Position numbers and translations under genes: made by a program
From: a virus
Taxonomy: Duplodnaviria; Heunggongvirae; Uroviricota; Caudoviricetes
Reading direction: 5' to 3' (one strand)
IMG/VR virus record: IMGVR_UViG_2531839474_000010
Location: 1-30,959 of that record
Length of the DNA: 30,959 bases
Notes under the pieces: model-generated
The model's input: only the letters and a program-made list of their open reading frames with translations
What the model was told of the DNA's origin: nothing
Database searches by the model: none
Part shown: piece by piece, positions 26,985 to 30,959 of the stretch
Numbering within the stretch: position 1 is the stretch's first letter
How the letters are laid out: every line of letters begins with the position of its first letter

Positions 26985-28060
26985 ACGACAATGTCACGCT
27001 ACGGGTAAATGGCCGGGAGTGGAATGGCTGGACATCGGTGCGCATCGGTGCCGGTATTGAACGGCTGGCGCGGGATTTCAGTGTGGAGATCACTCGCCAG
27101 TGGCCGGGAGATGAGGGTATCACCACGCTTCAGCCGCGCATTAGAAACGGTTCAAAAGTGGAAGTGCTGATTGGTGATGAGCTGGTGATCACCGGCTGGG
27201 TGGAGGCGACTCCCGTTCGTTACGATGCCCGTTCGGTCAGCACCGGTATTGCCGGACGTAGTCTGACGGCTGACCTGATTGACTGTGCAGCCGAACCGAC
27301 ACAGTTTAACGGACGCTCGCTGGTGCAGATTGCGCAGGCGCTTGCTGCGCCTTTCGGCATTGAGGTGGTGAACAGCGGTGCGCCGTCGGGTGTTATTCCT
27401 GATGTTCAGCCTGATCACGGTGAAACGGTGATTGAGGTAATCAACAAAATACTCGGTCAGCAGCAGGCACTGGCTTACGACGACCCGCACGGCAGGCTGG
27501 TGATTGGCGGTATTGGCTCAACGCGGGCACATACCGCGCTGGTACTCGGGGAAAACATCCTTTCCTGCGATACGGAGAAGAGTATCCGGGAGCGATTTTC
27601 TGTTTACCAGGTGGCGGGGCAGCGTGCCGGGAACGACGATGATTTCGGTGAGGCCACCACCACCGCGCTGCGGGCCCGCACAGAGGACGCATTTATTGCC
27701 CGTTACCGTCCGATGTATATCAGGCAGACAGGGCAGGCTACGGGGGCAGGTTGTATTGTCCGTGCGGACTTTGAAGCCCGACAACGGGCGGCGCGGACGG
27801 ATGAAACCACCTATGTGGTGCAGGGCTGGCGACAGGGTAACGGTACGCTGTGGCAGCCCAACCAGCGGGTGATTGTCTTTGATCCGGTCTGTGGTTTCGA
27901 CAATACCGAACTGCTTGTTTCGGAAGTCACGTTTACTCAGGACCAGAACGGCACCCTGACGGAAATCCGTGTCGGCCCGCCTGATGCTTATCTGCCTGAA
28001 CCCGAAGCCCCCGGCGCGCGGAAAAAGAAAAAAGCCAGAGTACAGGAGGACCCGTTCTGA
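26981..28060 (+). CDS. Mu gpP-like baseplate hub / tail protein
   Basis: 359-aa ORF coupled to its neighbours in the Mu-like baseplate order. Confidence 0.8.
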   Translation: MNDNVTLRVNGREWNGWTSVRIGAGIERLARDFSVEITRQWPGDEGITTLQPRIRNGSKVEVLIGDELVITGWVEATPVRYDARSVSTGIAGRSLTADLIDCAAEPTQFNGRSLVQIAQALAAPFGIEVVNSGAPSGVIPDVQPDHGETVIEVINKILGQQQALAYDDPHGRLVIGGIGSTRAHTALVLGENILSCDTEKSIRERFSVYQVAGQRAGNDDDFGEATTTALRARTEDAFIARYRPMYIRQTGQATGAGCIVRADFEARQRAARTDETTYVVQGWRQGNGTLWQPNQRVIVFDPVCGFDNTELLVSEVTFTQDQNGTLTEIRVGPPDAYLPEPEAPGARKKKKARVQEDPF

Positions 28061-28608
28061 TGAGGACGATTGAAGCCATGCAGCGACAACTCCTCGGCCT
28101 GATTGGGCGGGCCGTGGTGAAAAGCATCAGTGCCGCCACGAAATGTCAGACCGTGGATGTGTCCCTGATTGCCGGTGAACCCAAAGCCGGGGTTGAACAT
28201 CTTGAACCCTACGGTTTTACCGCAAGGGCAAACAGCGGTGCGGAAGCGGTTGTGTTGTTTCCGGATGGCGACCGTTCTCATGCGGTGGTTGTTACGGTGT
28301 CGGACCGTCGCTACCGCCTGAAAGGGCTGCAGACGGGCGAGGTGGCTGTCTATGACGATCAGGGGCAGTCCGTGACGCTGACCCGGGAGGGGATCGTGGT
28401 GGACGGTGCAGGTAAAACGATCACGTTTCGCAATGCACCTGAAGCACGTTTTGAAATGGACCTGGAAGTGACCGGACAGGTGAAAGACCTGTGCGACTCC
28501 GGCGGCACCACCATGTCAGCGATGCGGCTTGCCTATAACGGGCATCGTCACAGAGAGAACGGTCAGGGCAGTAACACCGACAAACCGGATAAAGCGATGG
28601 AGGCATGA
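28060..28608 (+). CDS. Baseplate spike / assembly protein V-like (Mu gp45-like)
   Basis: 182-aa ORF in the conserved position; overlapping start and stop. Confidence 0.78.
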   Translation: MRTIEAMQRQLLGLIGRAVVKSISAATKCQTVDVSLIAGEPKAGVEHLEPYGFTARANSGAEAVVLFPDGDRSHAVVVTVSDRRYRLKGLQTGEVAVYDDQGQSVTLTREGIVVDGAGKTITFRNAPEARFEMDLEVTGQVKDLCDSGGTTMSAMRLAYNGHRHRENGQGSNTDKPDKAMEA

Positions 28609-29033
28609 TGGAACTGTGGCTGACGGTGAACGGTAAACGCACCTGCGCCAGCGCACCGCTGGATCCGCTGACCCGCTCCGTGGTGATTTCCCTGTTTACC
28701 TGGCGGCGGGCGGAGCCTGATGACAACGCCGACGTCCCGATGGGATGGTGGGGGGATACCTGGCCTGCGGTACAGAATGACCGTTACGGCTCCCGACTGT
28801 GGCTGCTTCAGCGCAGCAAACTGACCAATCAGCTGGTGCAGACGGTAAGGGGGTATATCCGCGAATGCCTGCAATGGATGATTGATGATGGCGTGGTGTC
28901 CCGTATTGATCTGGATATCCGCCGCACCGGGATTAATGAACTGGGTAACAGTATCACTCTCTGGCGTCGTGACGGACCGGTAATGATTTCTTTTGATGAT
29001 CTGTGGAGTGCGATAACGCATGGCGGACAGTGA
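28605..29033 (+). CDS. Mu gp46-like baseplate protein
   Basis: 142-aa ORF in the conserved position between the spike and baseplate-J genes. Confidence 0.75.
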   Translation: MMELWLTVNGKRTCASAPLDPLTRSVVISLFTWRRAEPDDNADVPMGWWGDTWPAVQNDRYGSRLWLLQRSKLTNQLVQTVRGYIRECLQWMIDDGVVSRIDLDIRRTGINELGNSITLWRRDGPVMISFDDLWSAITHGGQ

Positions 29034-30078
29034 ATTTCAGCGCCCGACGCTGGCAGAAAATATCAGTATGCTCCGTAACGATTTATTCGCCAGGCTGGAC
29101 GTCAGCGACACGCTCCGGCGCATGGATGAAGACGTGCGGGCAAAGGTGTATGCGGCGGCGCTGCATACGGTTTACGGTTACATCGATTATCTGGCAATGA
29201 ACATGCTGCCTGACCTGTGCGATGAGTCCTGGCTGGCGCGACATGCTGCGATGAAACGGTGTCCGCGCAAGGGGGCCACGGCTGCCAGCGGGTATATGCG
29301 CTGGGAAGGTGTCAGCGATGGCCTGAAGGTGACCGCCGGGAGTGTTATTCAGCGCGATGACCTGGTTCAGTACACGGCAACTGCCGATGCAACCAGCTCC
29401 GGTGGTGTCCTGCGCGTGCCGATCGCCTGCTCAAGTTCAGGCGCGGTCGGTAACGCTGACGACGGTACGTCATTAATCCTGGTCACGCCGGTGAATGGTC
29501 TGCCGTCTTCCGGTGTGGCTGACACCCTGACAGGCGGATTTGATACTGAAGATCTGGAAACGTGGCGCGCCCGCATCATTGAGCGGTATTACTGGACGCC
29601 GCAGGGCGGGGCTGACGTGGACTATGTCGTCTGGGCTAAAGAAGTGCCCGGCATTACCCGCGCATGGACATACCGTCACTGGATGGGAACGGGAACTGTC
29701 GGTGTGATGATTGCCAGCAGTGACCTGATTAATCCCATTCCGGAAGAATCAACGGAAACGGCGGCAAGACAACACATTGAGCCACTGGCCCCGGTGGCAG
29801 GCTCTGATTTGTATGTATTCAGGCCGGTGGCGCATAAAGTGGATTTTCATATCCGCGTGACGCCGGACACACCGGAAATACGGGCTGCCATCACCGCAGA
29901 GTTGCGTTCGTTCCTGCTGCGTGATGGTTATCCTCAGGGAGAACTGAAGGTATCGCGTATCAGTGAGGCGATTTCCGGTGCGAACGGGGAATACAGCCAT
30001 CAGTTGCTTGCCCCGGCGGACAATATCTCCATTGCAAAAAATGAACTGGCGGTTCTGGGGACGATTTCATGGACGTGA
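29020..30078 (+). CDS. Baseplate J-like protein (Mu gp47-like)
   Basis: 352-aa ORF; size and order within the baseplate cluster. Confidence 0.82.
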   Translation: MADSEFQRPTLAENISMLRNDLFARLDVSDTLRRMDEDVRAKVYAAALHTVYGYIDYLAMNMLPDLCDESWLARHAAMKRCPRKGATAASGYMRWEGVSDGLKVTAGSVIQRDDLVQYTATADATSSGGVLRVPIACSSSGAVGNADDGTSLILVTPVNGLPSSGVADTLTGGFDTEDLETWRARIIERYYWTPQGGADVDYVVWAKEVPGITRAWTYRHWMGTGTVGVMIASSDLINPIPEESTETAARQHIEPLAPVAGSDLYVFRPVAHKVDFHIRVTPDTPEIRAAITAELRSFLLRDGYPQGELKVSRISEAISGANGEYSHQLLAPADNISIAKNELAVLGTISWT

Positions 30079-30653
30079 CAAACGATGATTACATCCGCCT
30101 GTTATCGGCACTGTTGCCGCCCGGTCCTGCATGGTCAGCCAGCGATCCGGCGATTGCCGGTGCGGCACCTTCATTAACCCGCGTTCATCAGCGTGCGGAT
30201 GCCCTGATGCGGGAGCTGGATCCGCGCACCACCACTGAACTGATAAACCGCTGGGAGCGTCTGTGCGGTCTGCCGGATGAATGTATTCCCGCAGGGACAC
30301 AGACCCTTCGCCAGCGTCAGCAACGGCTGGATGCGAAGGTTAATCTGGCGGGCGGCATCAATGAGGATTTTTACCTTGCACAGCTTGCTGCCCTGGGCAG
30401 ACCAGACGCCACTATCACGCGATACGATAAAAGCACGTTCACCTGCTCATCGGCCTGTACTGACGCAGTGAATGCGCCGGAATGGCGGTATTACTGGCAG
30501 GTCAACATGCCAGCCGCCACCAACACCACCTGGATGACATGTGGCGATCCCTGTGATTCCGCACTGCGTATCTGGGGCGACACCGTTGTCGAGTGCGTGC
30601 TTAACAAACTCTGCCCTTCGCATACCTACGTAATTTTTAAATATCCGGAGTAA
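30069..30653 (+). CDS. Mu gp48-like (DUF2313-like) baseplate / tail-fibre-proximal protein
   Basis: 194-aa ORF preceding the tail-fibre gene; family assigned from memory. Confidence 0.75.
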   Translation: MDVTNDDYIRLLSALLPPGPAWSASDPAIAGAAPSLTRVHQRADALMRELDPRTTTELINRWERLCGLPDECIPAGTQTLRQRQQRLDAKVNLAGGINEDFYLAQLAALGRPDATITRYDKSTFTCSSACTDAVNAPEWRYYWQVNMPAATNTTWMTCGDPCDSALRIWGDTVVECVLNKLCPSHTYVIFKYPE

Positions 30654-30656
30654 TCC

Positions 30657-30959
30657 ATGCATCGTATAGACACGAAAACCGCGCAGAAGGATAAGTTCGG
30701 CGCGGGTAAGAACGGTTTTACCCGTGGTAACCCCCAGACCGGCACACCTGCCACCGATCTGGATGATGACTACTTTGACATGTTGCAGGAAGAACTTTGT
30801 AGCGTGGTGGAGGCCTCCGGTGCCAGCCTGGAGAAAGGGCGGCATGACCAGATGCTTACCGCACTTCGTGCGCTGCTGTTAAGCCGCAAGAATCCGTTTG
30901 GCGATATCAAATCGGATGGCACTGTGCAAACGGCTCTCGAAAACCTTGGTTTGGGAGAA
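30657..30959 (+). CDS. Tail fibre protein, N-terminal 101 codons; runs off the window end
   Basis: Starts [48 protein letters not shown], the conserved N-terminal domain of enterobacterial prophage tail fibres; no stop before the window end. Confidence 0.78.
   Translation, partial: MHRIDTKTAQKDKFGAGKNGFTRGNPQTGTPATDLDDDYFDMLQEELCSVVEASGASLEKGRHDQMLTALRALLLSRKNPFGDIKSDGTVQTALENLGLGE

Larger units (their letters stand above)
1445..30959. mobile_element. Lambdoid mosaic prophage integrated at thrW; left end at the tRNA, right end beyond the window
   Basis: Uninterrupted phage gene order (int, xis, Red, immunity, O/P, packaging, head, tail) starting directly after the tRNA 3' end. Confidence 0.85.

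Overview
The window holds proA (1..1254) and tRNA-Thr thrW (1369..1444), followed by about 29.5 kb of a mosaic lambdoid prophage integrated next to thrW and running off the right edge. Order: P22-type int/xis; a leftward early operon (TraR/DksA-like, phage Dam methyltransferase, lambda-type exo/bet/gam); an immunity region (cI-type repressor, Cro/YdaS-like, YdaT-like); lambda-type O with internal iterons and P; an IS629-like IS3-family element that replaces the P 3' end and everything up to the 3' part of an HNH endonuclease gene (no Q or lysis genes remain in the window); HK97-like terminase/portal/protease/capsid; and a Mu-like contractile-tail module ending in a partial tail-fibre gene. The most interesting feature is an AT-rich 535-aa gene (7097..8704, minus) between cI and the putative left operator, the slot lambda uses for rexAB. 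Its N-terminal half carries the motif series of SIR2-type NADases (GSGIS, TTNYD, HG, GYSLTD) and its C-terminal half is unrecognisable; no TIR, HerA or Argonaute partner is present. I read this as a candidate single-gene, NAD+-depleting anti-phage system carried by a probably grounded prophage. All calls are from reading the sequence and recalled family signatures; no searches were run.
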